64,000 nt of DNA from an uncultured delta proteobacterium (GCA_963743525.1 CAVUQH010000008.1:32001-96000); one strand, 5' to 3'. Counted from the first letter of the stretch, positions 41,051 to 51,426 are shown. The notes: generated by a model from the sequence alone, not told the origin. Made by a program: numbers and translations.

Positions 41051-42547
41051 GCGCCGAAGCAGTAGCTGCGCGCCAGCTCGGTGAACGCCCGGCGCGACGC
41101 GGCGTGGGTGTAGAACATGTGTCCGCCGGCGAAGTGCTGGGTGCGCAGCTTCTCCTGCTGCGACGGCAGCAGCTTCATCAGCCGGACCAGGCGATCGCAC
41201 GATGCGTACGGCGTGACCAGGTCGTAGTAGCCGTGGCTGATGAGCACGCGCATGTCCGGGTTGAGCGACATGCCGTAGCGCAGCTCGTCGAGCGAGCCCA
41301 GCGCCTGGCTGATCATGTGCTCCATGCCGTCGTCGCGCCAGGCCATGTTGGCCTCCAGGTTGAGGAGGATGTAGTCGAGCTCGGTCTTTACGCCCAGGTC
41401 TTCGCGCAGGTGCGCGTTGACGCCGGAGGCGAACGCCCGCGTCGAGCCCTGCAGCGTCGGGTCGGGACCGACGTAGCTTTCGCGGTCGGGGAACGGATCG
41501 ACGGCGGTGACCGAGCCGTCGTACATGCCGACCCACAGCCGCTTGTCGCGCAGCAGCGCGCGGCAGTATTGCTCGCGGGTCACCCGGCCGAGCGACTCGG
41601 CGAGCATGGCGACGGGCAGGCCGATCAGCGCGGCTGCGCGCTCGCAGATGGCGCGGCGGCGATCCTCGGGCATGCGCTCGCCCTGGGCCAGCAGGTTGAC
41701 CCAGTCGCCGACCGCCAGCTCTTCGGCGGCGGCGCGGTGGGCTTCGAACGAGGTCCCCGCGCCGGCGACGCCGTGGGCGTGCGCGGTGGCGGCGAACGCC
41801 GGCAGCATCTCGATCCAGTGCTCGAGGTTGTAGTCGGTGCCGAGCAGCCCGGCGAACTCGATGCCCGGCGAGATCAAGAATCGACGCGATCAGCCCGACG
41901 CCGAAATCTTCCTGCAGCGTGCGCGCGAGCCGGGCCACGCGGAAGCCGCCGTAGCTCTCGCCGGCGATGGCGATGGGCGAGCGCCAGCGGCCGTGGGTCG
42001 ACAGGATGCGGGTGATCACCTCACCGACCGACTCGAGGTCGCGCTTGACCTGCCAGAACTCGCTCGGCTTGGGCTTGCCGTCCTTGTTCTTGGCCGCGTC
42101 CTCGTCCTTGTCGTGCTCTTGCGTGCGCGAGAAGCCGGTGCCGATCGGATCGATGCAGACGACGTCGGTGAACGCCAGCCAGGTCTCGAGGTTGTCGGTC
42201 AGCCGGACCGGCGGCGGCGGCTGGTGGCCGTCGTCGGCGAACGCCACCCGCACGGGTCCGATCGCGCCCATGTGCAGGTACGCCGACGCCGCGCCGGGTC
42301 CGCCGTTGAAGATGAACGTCAGCGGCCGCGTCGCCGGGTCTGCGCCGACGGCGAAATAGCCGGTGTAGAACAAGCTGGCGATCGGCTCGTCGCGCTTGCG
42401 CAGGACGATCCAGTCGGCGACGGTGCGATAGGGCAGAGCCTTGCCCGCCAGCACGATCTCCCGCTCGAGGTCGGCGCCGGTGCCGAGCGACTTGACCTTG
42501 GTCTCGGGGTCTGACTTCGGGGTGGCCTCTGAGGTCGGTTCGCCCAT
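41047..42547 (-). CDS. S10-family serine carboxypeptidase (frameshift near 41877)
   Basis: RPLTFIFNGGPGAAS, IDPIGTGFS, GESYGG, GYYDLVTP, GGHMFY; split across two ORFs by one extra base. Confidence 0.88.
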
Positions 42548-42797
42548 GGCCGATCGCATAACACGGGGCGCGCCCGCACGGCGAGCAAACGGCGTATTCT
42601 GCGGCCCCATGCGCCGATGGCTCCTCGGCTTCATCCTGTCGTGCGGGTGCTGCGGCTCCCCCGCGGTGCGACCCTCCCAGCCGCCGGCGCCGCCCGCTTC
42701 TGCGTCGAAAGCGGTCGCGGCGCAGGCTCGGCCGATCAGCGACGACGACACGCGCACCGTGACCGACGTGCGACCGTTCAACAGCGGACTCGACTCG

Positions 42798-43442
42798 CTA
42801 GGCGGCGGGCTGCACCCACTGCGCCTCGACCCGCGGCTCGCCACCGCGCGACCAGTGTTGCATCGAGCCGACCCACTCGGGCTCGACGAAGAAGGTCATC
42901 TGGTGGCCGTTGGCCGCGGTCACGCGGACCAGCTCCTGGCGGACGACCTGACCGGCGACGTTGGCGCGGGTCGGCTTCTGCCGGTCGTGCGGTAGGTCGG
43001 GCGAGCCGGGCCACGCCTGGGCGCCGGTGTCGATGCGCGGGCGCTGGCCGCCGTCGAAGATCGCCAGCGGCGCATAGCCCTTCTGCAGGCCGATCGAGCT
43101 CTTGGCCGGCTTTGGCCCTTCTTCGGTCGGCTCGACGGCGAGCGCCAGCCGGTTCTTGTTGGTAAAGGCGATCCACATGTTGGCGCCGCGGTAGCTGGTG
43201 CGACTGAGAGCGTCGAACACTTTCTCGGCGGTCAACCGCATCGTCTCGGGCACCAGCGGGCCCAGGTACCAGGTGCCGACGCCCATCGACACCACCTCTT
43301 CATCCTGGTCGAGGCCGAACTGTTCGCGCCAGTACACCTTTCCAGCGGCCTGTTTACCTCCGGCTCGCTTGATCTTGGCGTAGTAGCGAACGTAGTAGAG
43401 GCCGATGAAGGCGGCGGCGGCGACGAAGACGAGAATCTGCAT
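42798..43442 (-). CDS. Membrane-anchored hypothetical protein
   Basis: GGAGG RBS, N-terminal TM helix, soluble domain. Confidence 0.7.
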   Translation of the reverse strand: MQILVFVAAAAFIGLYYVRYYAKIKRAGGKQAAGKVYWREQFGLDQDEEVVSMGVGTWYLGPLVPETMRLTAEKVFDALSRTSYRGANMWIAFTNKNRLALAVEPTEEGPKPAKSSIGLQKGYAPLAIFDGGQRPRIDTGAQAWPGSPDLPHDRQKPTRANVAGQVVRQELVRVTAANGHQMTFFVEPEWVGSMQHWSRGGEPRVEAQWVQPAA

Positions 43443-43590
43443 GGTTCCTCCCTCCCACCCGAGAGAGACGCGAACCCGCGCATGTGATCGAATTGTTTTT
43501 CCGCAGGTGCTCCTACATGTACACACGCACGAGGCATTTTCTTTCAACGGAATCGGCGCTCGGCACACCTATGCGTAGGGAGGCCCCCTG

Positions 43591-44934
43591 ATGACCTACA
43601 CCTCTACTACGCTTCGTTCGTTCTCGCTGGCGCTGTTCGCCGCCGGCGCTCTGGCCGCATGCGGCGGCAGCAACTCCGGCGGCGGCACGGATGCCGCGGT
43701 TGCCAACTGCACGATTGTCGGCATGTCGTGCACGGGCGACGGCGACTGCTGCACCGGTCACTGCGATCCGGACCTCCAGGTCTGCTCGCAGCCGGCAGGC
43801 GCCTGTCTGGCAACGGGCGACGCGTGCCAGGTCGGCTACGAGTGCTGCTCGTTCTCGTGCGTCAACGCCAAGTGCTCCGACAGCCAGTGCGTCTCCGATG
43901 GCGATCAGTGCGACAGCGACGGCCAGTGCTGCGGCGGCTCCTGCGTCAACAACAGCTGCGCGCCGCTCAACGATGCCTGCAAGACCTCGGGCAACAGCTG
44001 CGCCAACAACACCGATTGCTGCTCGGGCTACTGCAACAACGACGTCTGCGACGCCAACCCGTCGTTCTGCCGGCAGTCGGGCGACATCTGCGCCAGCGAC
44101 ACCGAGTGCTGCGGCGGTCTGTGCAGCAAGGCCGACGGCGCCGCGGTCGGTACCTGCGCCAAGGTGCCGGCATCCGGCGCCACCCAGTGTCTGGGCGCCG
44201 GCGAGGTCTGCGGCGGCACCTACGACGGCAGCGCTCTGCCGATTTGCGGCGGCGAGTGCTGCAGCCGCGCCTGCCTGCCGTACGGTCCCACCGGCATCAT
44301 GATCTGCCAGCCGCCGAGCGGCTGCCGGCCGACCGGCGAGGTCTGCGCCGAGGATTCGGACTGCTGCGGCGCCGAGGGGAATCCCGACGGCACTGTCAGT
44401 CAGATCCACTGCTCCAAGGAAGGGAACAACCCGCTCGGCCGCTGCGACAACGGCAACGCCTGCACCCCGGCCGGCGGCATCTGTCGCCTGCAGACAGACT
44501 CGTGCAACGCCAACGCCAACTGCTGCTCGGGCAACGTGCTGCAGAACGACACCTGCAAGCTCGACAATCTGGGCATCCCACGCTGTCTGGCGGCCGAGGT
44601 CAACTGCACGGATCCCAGCGTGTACGAGGGCATGGACTGCGCCACCAGCGCCGACTGCTGTGGCCTGCCGTGCACGCCCAGCACCAGCGGCGAGTTCCCG
44701 ACGCTCACCTGCGGTGGCGACGCCTGCGTGGCCTCGGGCGGCGCCTGCACCAACAGCGCCGACTGCTGCTCCGCGCTTCCGTGCGTCATCCCGCCGGGCT
44801 CGACCCAGGGCACCTGCGGTGACAATCCCGGAAGCTGCGCCGAGTACGGCCAGCAGTGCACGGCCTCGTCCGACTGCTGCAGTGGTCTCGCCTGCGACAC
44901 CACGACCGGTACCTGCGGCGCGGTCGTGAACTAG
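43591..44934 (+). CDS. Cys-rich lipoprotein with 11 tandem knottin-like (C-C-CC-C-C) modules
   Basis: LAAC lipobox, GGAGG RBS; 11 CC-centred units such as CxxxGxxCxxxxDCCSxxC. Confidence 0.85.
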   Translation: MTYTSTTLRSFSLALFAAGALAACGGSNSGGGTDAAVANCTIVGMSCTGDGDCCTGHCDPDLQVCSQPAGACLATGDACQVGYECCSFSCVNAKCSDSQCVSDGDQCDSDGQCCGGSCVNNSCAPLNDACKTSGNSCANNTDCCSGYCNNDVCDANPSFCRQSGDICASDTECCGGLCSKADGAAVGTCAKVPASGATQCLGAGEVCGGTYDGSALPICGGECCSRACLPYGPTGIMICQPPSGCRPTGEVCAEDSDCCGAEGNPDGTVSQIHCSKEGNNPLGRCDNGNACTPAGGICRLQTDSCNANANCCSGNVLQNDTCKLDNLGIPRCLAAEVNCTDPSVYEGMDCATSADCCGLPCTPSTSGEFPTLTCGGDACVASGGACTNSADCCSALPCVIPPGSTQGTCGDNPGSCAEYGQQCTASSDCCSGLACDTTTGTCGAVVN

Positions 44935-45057
44935 ACACACTCCGGAGTGGCGGCGACACAGTCGCCGAATGCCTACATAGGAAGGCCGCGCGCCGACTGA
45001 TAGGATGTCTATCGGTCGCGCGCGCGGTGTTCGTTTGCGCGCGACGAGGAGCGCTCG

Positions 45058-46563
45058 TTGAGCATCTTCAACCGCATCTTCGGCGGTACTGGCGACGGCG
45101 ATGAGTCCGATCGCGATGAGTCCGATCGTGCCGAGGGCGAGACCGCTGTCGAGGGGATGGGTGCGCGGACCAACGGTCGCTCGCTTCGAGCCGACACCGC
45201 GCCGACGGCAACGCCACCCGATCTGCCCGACGACGTCAACGACCTGGATGACCTGGAGGATCCGTTGACCCAACCGGACGCGTTGCCACCACCGCTGCCG
45301 CCACCGCCGGGTGAGCCCGAGCGGTCGCCGCGCGACTCGCTGCTGTCGCCACCGCGCACGGTGGGCGGCGTCAAGGTTGCGCCCAAACGCACCGAGACGC
45401 GGCCGCCGCCCGCGCCTGCGCCTGCGCCTGCGCCTGCGCCTGCGGCCGGTGGTACGCCACCGCGTCCGACGGCGCGTGCGCCCAAGGCACCACCGCCGCG
45501 ACGCCCGGCGGCGACGGTCAAGTCGGCGACTCCGCCCCTGCCGGCTGCGTCCGACGGGGTCGTCCGGCGCAAGCGAATGTCGTCGGTCTCCGATGCGTTT
45601 GCCGCCATCATCGACGACGGCAGCAACGGCACCGCGGTCGCCGCGGGCACCTCCAGTGAATCCGACCGCGCGGCGGTGCAGCAGGTCTTCGACGAGCTGG
45701 CGGCCAACCACGTCAACCAGGTGCGCAACGTCATGCTCGAGCTGCAGGTCGGCGACGTCGCCTGCTCGTGGATGGAGACCGCCAAGGCGACGCTGGCGTC
45801 GCTGCGCGCGATGGCCTCGGAGATGGACAACGGCGATCTGGTCGCAGCCCTCGACGGCTTCGTCACGGCCATCGATGCGGCGGTCGCCAGCGGTCAGGCC
45901 ACGGTCGCCGGGCCGCGCAAGGACGAGCTGATGAAGCGCTACGAGCGGCTGGTCGAGCTCATCCCGCGCGCCTTTGCCCTCGACGGCGAGCGCGATCGGC
46001 GCGAGCCGATCATCGTCGAGTCGCTGCTGCGGCAGGTGCCCGGGGTCGAGAAGATCACCATCGACCGGCTATTCGCCGCCGGGCTGTCGCGCTTGAACGT
46101 ACTGATGAAGGCCAACGCCGGCGACATGGCGGCAGCCGCCGGCATCGCCGCCGAGACCGCGGCGCGCATCGTCAACCGGATGCAGAGCTACCGCACCAGC
46201 CTGCCGTCCACGGTCGCGGCGCAGGACGCCGCTGCCGAGCAGAGCCAGCTGCGCGCGCTGGTCGACGAGCTGGCCAGGCAGCACGAGGAATACGAGAGCG
46301 CCGCCGCCGGCTGGTCCGACGACCACCGGGCGCGCAAGCGGGTGGCGCGGCGCGAGCGCGAGCGCATCTTCCTCGAGGTGCGCGTGGTCCTGGCCCGGCT
46401 GGGGCAGGTCGAGCGGCTGGCCGAGCTGGAGAAACAGCCGTTCAAGGATCGCATTCGCGCGCTCAGCGCCTATCTCGACGAGGTCAAGCAGCAACGCCCG
46501 CCCGCCGCAAAACAGCCGCGCGCGCGCACGCTACCGGGTCGCGGACCTTCCCTGGGAACCTGA
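45058..46563 (+). CDS. Hypothetical protein with Pro/Ala-rich N-terminus, tandem helix-hairpin-helix motifs and coiled coil
   Basis: GAGGAG RBS before TTG; LRQVPGVEKITIDRLFAAG and AAGIAAETAARIV HhH-like motifs. Confidence 0.75.
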   Translation: MSIFNRIFGGTGDGDESDRDESDRAEGETAVEGMGARTNGRSLRADTAPTATPPDLPDDVNDLDDLEDPLTQPDALPPPLPPPPGEPERSPRDSLLSPPRTVGGVKVAPKRTETRPPPAPAPAPAPAPAAGGTPPRPTARAPKAPPPRRPAATVKSATPPLPAASDGVVRRKRMSSVSDAFAAIIDDGSNGTAVAAGTSSESDRAAVQQVFDELAANHVNQVRNVMLELQVGDVACSWMETAKATLASLRAMASEMDNGDLVAALDGFVTAIDAAVASGQATVAGPRKDELMKRYERLVELIPRAFALDGERDRREPIIVESLLRQVPGVEKITIDRLFAAGLSRLNVLMKANAGDMAAAAGIAAETAARIVNRMQSYRTSLPSTVAAQDAAAEQSQLRALVDELARQHEEYESAAAGWSDDHRARKRVARRERERIFLEVRVVLARLGQVERLAELEKQPFKDRIRALSAYLDEVKQQRPPAAKQPRARTLPGRGPSLGT

Positions 46564-46580
46564 CGGAGGCACAACCGAAC

Positions 46581-47840
46581 ATGGCCGAGCTCTCGCCCGA
46601 CGAAGTCAAACGCAAGATCCGCATGGGTGGATCGGTCGAACGGACCGACCTGCGCGGCATGAACCTGGCGCGGCAGCGGCTGATCAAGGCGCGCATGGAC
46701 CGTTCGGACCTCGAAGGAGCCAACTTCGAGGGCAGCGATCTGACCGACGGCTCGTTCAAGCGCGCCAGCCTGCGCGAGGCGTATCTCGTGGGCGCCAACC
46801 TGACCCGCGCCAACCTGGAGAACGCCGACCTCGAGGGCGCCAACCTCGAGCGCGCGGTGCTGGTCGGCGCCAACCTGTCGCGCGCCAGCCTCGAAGGCGC
46901 CAACCTGACCGGCGCCGACCTGTCGGGCGCGCAGCTCGGCTTCGCGCTGTTGTCCAACGCCAAGCTCGGCGGCGCCAAGCTCGGTGGCGCGGTGCTGACT
47001 CACGCCGAGCTGGACGACGCCTACCTCGGCGGCGTCCACGCCGAGCAGGCGCAGATGTCGAGCGCCAGCCTGCGCGGTGCCAGCCTCGAGGAGGCCAAGC
47101 TGGCGGGTGCCGACCTGCGCGACGCGTCGCTGGCGGGCGCGGTGGCGACCCGCGCGGTGCTGCGCGGCACCTGTCTGGCGCGGGCAGATCTGTCCGGCGC
47201 CAAGCTGCAGCATGCGGACCTCACCCACGCCGACGCCCGCCACGCCAACCTGAGCGGCGCCGAGCTGACCGGCGCCACGCTGACCGGCGCCAAGGTCTGG
47301 GGCCTGACCGGCACCGGCGGCGAGGTCGGTGAGATCGTCGTCGCCTGGGTCAACAACAGCAGCAAGGGCGACGGCAGCGGGCGGCTGGAGAATGGCGAGA
47401 TTCCGCGACTCCTCGCCGGCGCGGTTGCCGCGGCGCCGGCCGACACCGGCGACCGGCGCTACTTCGGCCGCGGCGATGTGCTGCGCAACGCCACCCTCGA
47501 CTTCGACGCCGGCGCGCGGGTCGAGATCGACAGCTTGTTCGAGAACTGCACCCTCAACCTCGGCGAGGGAACCGAGGTCGTGGTCGGCGCCACCGGCGTC
47601 CTGGCCGACTGCGAGATCCAGGGCGCCGGCAACATCACCATTCACGGCAAGTTCTTCGAGCGACAGAGCCCGGGCATCAACGGTGCCCGGCGACTGCTGG
47701 TCAGCGCCAACGGCGCGCTGGTGTCGTCGGTGGCCCAGGGCCGGGCGACGACCGAATTTGCCTTCGAGCGCGGCTGCCAGCTGCGCGTGAAGATCCTCAA
47801 AGCCAACGAAGACAGCAAGGCGGACGGAGCCCGAGCATGA
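46581..47840 (+). CDS. Pentapeptide-repeat protein with C-terminal bactofilin-like beta-helix
   Basis: About 200 aa of A(N/D)LxG repeats; C-terminal VEIDSLFE...VVVGATGVL...ITIHGKF...FERGC segments resemble bactofilin. Confidence 0.85.
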   Translation: MAELSPDEVKRKIRMGGSVERTDLRGMNLARQRLIKARMDRSDLEGANFEGSDLTDGSFKRASLREAYLVGANLTRANLENADLEGANLERAVLVGANLSRASLEGANLTGADLSGAQLGFALLSNAKLGGAKLGGAVLTHAELDDAYLGGVHAEQAQMSSASLRGASLEEAKLAGADLRDASLAGAVATRAVLRGTCLARADLSGAKLQHADLTHADARHANLSGAELTGATLTGAKVWGLTGTGGEVGEIVVAWVNNSSKGDGSGRLENGEIPRLLAGAVAAAPADTGDRRYFGRGDVLRNATLDFDAGARVEIDSLFENCTLNLGEGTEVVVGATGVLADCEIQGAGNITIHGKFFERQSPGINGARRLLVSANGALVSSVAQGRATTEFAFERGCQLRVKILKANEDSKADGARA

Positions 47841-48472
47841 GCGACAACAGCGACAAGCGCGTACGACAGACCACGGTCGAGGACGAGACGATCTTCAAGG
47901 GGACGCTCACCTCGCAATGTCCGGTGGTGGTGCTCGGGCATCTGGAGGGCGAGGTCGAGGCCCCGTCCCTGCACATTCGATCGTCGGGGTCGGTCGCCGG
48001 AACGATCACGGTCAAACAGCTGACGTCGGAGGGCTCGCTGGCCGGCGAGGTCGACGCCGAGTCGGTGCTGTTGTCCGGCAACGTCAAGGACAAGACGGTG
48101 ATTCGCGCCGGCACGCTGGAGGTCAAGCTGCAGCGCGCGCAGGGCAAGATGGAGGTCGTGTTCGGCGAGTGCGAGCTGGCGGTCGGCGACGAGCCGAGCA
48201 AGGAAGCCGCCATCGAGGCCGCGCGCGCCGCGGGCAAGGCGGCACCCGAGCCCGCAGCTGCCGCCGAGGCGCCGGCCGCCACCGAGGCGGAAGCTGCCGC
48301 CGCCGAGGAGGCCTGGGACGAGGATGCCGGCGAGGAGGCGACCGAGACCGGCGCCGCCAAGACCAAGGCCAAGGACGACGACGGCGACGGCGACGGCGAC
48401 GACGGCGGGTCCAAGGGCAGCGGCAAGCGCAAGCGCTCGCGGCGCACCTCACAGCAGCCGACCGCCGGCTGA
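47837..48472 (+). CDS. Bactofilin (polymer-forming cytoskeletal protein) with acidic/basic tail
   Basis: TTVEDETIFKGTL...VVLGHLEGEV...IRSSGSVAGTI...LSGNV repeats; ATGA overlap with upstream gene. Confidence 0.85.
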   Translation: MSDNSDKRVRQTTVEDETIFKGTLTSQCPVVVLGHLEGEVEAPSLHIRSSGSVAGTITVKQLTSEGSLAGEVDAESVLLSGNVKDKTVIRAGTLEVKLQRAQGKMEVVFGECELAVGDEPSKEAAIEAARAAGKAAPEPAAAAEAPAATEAEAAAAEEAWDEDAGEEATETGAAKTKAKDDDGDGDGDDGGSKGSGKRKRSRRTSQQPTAG

Positions 48473-48526
48473 TCGCCCCACTGATCGCCCGCCACGGAGC
48501 CGCCATCGTATGATGGTCGGGCGTCC

Positions 48527-50824
48527 GTGGCCGATCGACCCGACAGCGAGCTCGACGAGACGGCGCCAGCCGCGGCGCTCGACGATACCGCAGCGGCAGC
48601 GGGGCTCGAGGCCACGGCCGACGCGGCGAGCCGCGGCTCGATGGCGGCAGCGGGGCTCGAGGCCACGGCCGACGCGGCGAGCCGCGGCTCGATGGCGGCA
48701 GCGGGGCTCGAGGCCACGGCCGACGCGGCGAGCCGCGGCTCGATCACGCCGGCGCTGGGCGGCGACGACGCAACGGTGGATGCGGTCGCCCACCGCCGAA
48801 CCCAGCCGAGCGCGCCCACGCCCCGTGTCGGCGCTGCGTTCCGCTCGGAAAGCGGTGCCCCGGCGCCGGGCACGCGGGCGGCCAGGTGGACCTCGGTCGC
48901 CCGCGTGTTACTGGTGATCCTGTCCCTGGCCGCGGCCGCCAACATCGTCTACTTCGTCAGCCGCTTCGTGCTGGCGACCGATCATCCGCAGCTGAACGCG
49001 GCGTTCCTCGAGACCCAGGTGCGCGCGGGATCGGCCCGCTTCGGCTGGCTGACTCGGTTCGGCGGCTGGCAGACCACCGCGGTGCGCCTGGTGCTGGTGT
49101 CGACCACGCTGCTGGTGGTGCCGCTGGTCATCGTCGGTCGTCACTCGCGCAACCCGATGGCCATCGGGCTCGCCTGCGTCAGCGTGCTCGGTGGCCAGCT
49201 GTCGCTGGCGGTCACGGTGCTCACGTCGAGCGAGACGCTGGTCGTGCCGCGCGCGGTCGCTGCGGCGATCTACCTGCTCATGCCGGCGACCGGCCTGCTC
49301 TTGTTCAGCATCTTTCCCAGCGGCAAGCCGGTGCCGAAGTGGAGCCTCCGGGCGTTGCCGTTCGCCCTGGCTCCGTTCGCCGTGCAGGCCGTGCACATGT
49401 ATGCGACGCGCGGCTACTCGCGCCCGGTTGCCGGCGCGGTGATGGCGACCGGCGTGCTGTACATGAGCTTCGTCTGGTATCGCTACCGCTACCGGGCGAC
49501 CCTGCGCCAGCGCCACCAGATCAAATGGATGGCCTACGGCGGCTCGGCATTCCTGGCCCTGCAGATCGTCGCGCTGGTCGGGCTGTTGCCGCTGCTGTCC
49601 CATCACGACAGCCCGGTCCAGCCGCTGTACAAGCTGCTCTACGAGGTCCTGCTCGGCGCCTCGTACCTGATCGGGATCATCATCGCGCTGCTGTCGGCGA
49701 TCCGCTATCGGCTGTGGGAGATCGATCGCATCATCAACCGGACGCTGGTCTACGGCCTGTTGTCGTTCGTCCTTGCGGCGTTCCTCGGCACGCTCTACTT
49801 CGCGCTGCGCTCGCTGCTGTACGAGACCATCAACGCCCCCGGCGGGGTTGCCGTCGGCATCTCGCTGGCGGTGACCGTGGCCCTGTTCGCGCCGCTCCGC
49901 CGGCGCATCATCCGCTTCACCGACCGTCGCTTCTACGGCATTCGCCTCGACTACGAGGCGCTCGCCGCCGAGGCGGCGCAGGCCAGCCTACCGACCACCG
50001 AGGAGACCTTCGCTTCCTACGGCGACCTCGAGCTCCTCGGCCGCGGCGGCATGGGCGCGGTCTATCGCGCGCGGCACCCCGACTTCGACGTGCCGGTGGC
50101 GCTCAAGATCATGTCGCGCGATCTGGCCGAAGACCCCGACTCACAGGCGCGCTTCCACCGCGAGGCACACATCCTCGAAGGCGTGCGCCACCCCAACGTG
50201 GTGCCGTTCCTGGCCAGCGGCCACAACCAGGGGCTGGCGTTCATCGCCATGGAGCTGGTCGAGGGCGAGGACCTGGCCGCGATCCTCCGCCGGCGCAAAC
50301 GCCTGTCACCGGACGAAGTCATCGCCCTGCTCGCCGGCGTGGCCGGCGCCATCGACGCCGCGCACAAGCTGGGCATCGTCCACCGCGACATCAAGCCGTC
50401 CAACATCCTGGTCGCCGGCACGGAGGCGACCCCGCTGGCGGAGCGCCGGCCGATGCTGATGGATTTCGGCGTCGCCCGCTGGTCCGAAGCCGAACCGGAG
50501 CGAACAGCCGAGGGGTCGCCGCTCGTCGGCAGCCTGGTGTACATCTCGCCGGAGCAGATCCGCCAGCCCGACGCCGTGGACGGCCGAGCCGACATCTACT
50601 CCCTCGGCGTCACCGCGTTCGAGCTGGTCACCGGCCGTCCTCCATTCCACAGCGCCACGCCGCTGGGCATGGTCATGGAGCATCTCAACCATCCGCCCCC
50701 GGATCCGCGAGCGCTGGTGGCCAGCACCCCCGATGCGCTGGCCACCGCGATCCTCCGCGCGCTGGCCAAGGACCGCGACGACCGCTTCGCCACCGCCCGC
50801 GACTTCGTCGCCGCGATGCGCTGA
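48527..50824 (+). CDS. Multi-TM membrane protein with C-terminal Ser/Thr kinase
   Basis: About 10 TM helices incl. AIRYRLWEIDRIINRTLVY motif; GRGGMGAV, VALK, HRDIKPSN, DFG, SPE. Confidence 0.9.
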   Translation: MADRPDSELDETAPAAALDDTAAAAGLEATADAASRGSMAAAGLEATADAASRGSMAAAGLEATADAASRGSITPALGGDDATVDAVAHRRTQPSAPTPRVGAAFRSESGAPAPGTRAARWTSVARVLLVILSLAAAANIVYFVSRFVLATDHPQLNAAFLETQVRAGSARFGWLTRFGGWQTTAVRLVLVSTTLLVVPLVIVGRHSRNPMAIGLACVSVLGGQLSLAVTVLTSSETLVVPRAVAAAIYLLMPATGLLLFSIFPSGKPVPKWSLRALPFALAPFAVQAVHMYATRGYSRPVAGAVMATGVLYMSFVWYRYRYRATLRQRHQIKWMAYGGSAFLALQIVALVGLLPLLSHHDSPVQPLYKLLYEVLLGASYLIGIIIALLSAIRYRLWEIDRIINRTLVYGLLSFVLAAFLGTLYFALRSLLYETINAPGGVAVGISLAVTVALFAPLRRRIIRFTDRRFYGIRLDYEALAAEAAQASLPTTEETFASYGDLELLGRGGMGAVYRARHPDFDVPVALKIMSRDLAEDPDSQARFHREAHILEGVRHPNVVPFLASGHNQGLAFIAMELVEGEDLAAILRRRKRLSPDEVIALLAGVAGAIDAAHKLGIVHRDIKPSNILVAGTEATPLAERRPMLMDFGVARWSEAEPERTAEGSPLVGSLVYISPEQIRQPDAVDGRADIYSLGVTAFELVTGRPPFHSATPLGMVMEHLNHPPPDPRALVASTPDALATAILRALAKDRDDRFATARDFVAAMR
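48593..48745 (+). repeat. 3 x 51-bp tandem repeat (AAAGLEATADAASRGSM) in the kinase N-terminus
   Basis: Three copies, identical except the last base. Confidence 0.9.
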
Positions 50825-50868
50825 AAAGCCTTGGGCGGTCGCCCGCCCGCCAGTAGGATGCGCCGGTC

Positions 50869-51420
50869 GTGCGCCGGCTGTTCCCGATCGCGTTGCTCGT
50901 CGCGCTGGCCGCCTGCGGTGGCGGCGAAGGCGCGGTCGATGCCGGGCCCTCGGTCGCAGATGCCGCCTTGCACGATGCGCCGGTAGCCGACGGCGCATCG
51001 GCCGACGCTGCCACCAACGACGCTGCTGCAGCGATCGATGCGGCCCCGGGGCAAGGCGACGCCGGCGTCGCCGACGCCGCCGAGCCCGACGCAATGGCGC
51101 CCGACGCCGCCGCCCCCGATGCCGGCTTCGCCACCGCCCAGCACGTGCACATCTACGTCTCCAACACCTGCGCGATGTCGGTGTCGCCGATGTCGTTCAC
51201 GGTGCCGGCCGGCGAGACGCTGCAGCTCACCTACCACAACCACTCCACCGACTACGCCGTCAACGTGTGGAAGTCGTACGGCGGCGGCTACCTCGATCTG
51301 GCGCCGGGCGACTCGTGGAACGAGACCTACGAGCACTGCTTCGGCCCCAGCCCGGCCACCGAGTACGCCGACATCAGCACCGCCTGCAGCAGCTTCCGCC
51401 TCTACGTCAACTGCCAGTAG
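50869..51420 (+). CDS. Lipoprotein with DA(A/G) linker and cupredoxin-like C-terminal domain
   Basis: LAAC lipobox; PMSFTVPAGETLQLTYHN...LAPGDSW pattern. Confidence 0.7.
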   Translation: MRRLFPIALLVALAACGGGEGAVDAGPSVADAALHDAPVADGASADAATNDAAAAIDAAPGQGDAGVADAAEPDAMAPDAAAPDAGFATAQHVHIYVSNTCAMSVSPMSFTVPAGETLQLTYHNHSTDYAVNVWKSYGGGYLDLAPGDSWNETYEHCFGPSPATEYADISTACSSFRLYVNCQ

Positions 51421-51426
51421 CGGTCG

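Noticed and set aside
40142..42844. 900-aa minus-strand ORF
   Set aside because: Only the segment ~41880-42547 is real (S10 peptidase N-half); the rest is out-of-frame read-through.
44951..44967. CGGCGAC-ACA-GTCGCCG hairpin as a terminator
   Set aside because: Short stem, no U-tract; such hairpins are expected by chance at this GC content.
45412..45444. (GCGCCT)5 microsatellite as a phase-variation switch
   Set aside because: A 6-bp unit keeps the frame; it encodes an Ala-Pro linker.
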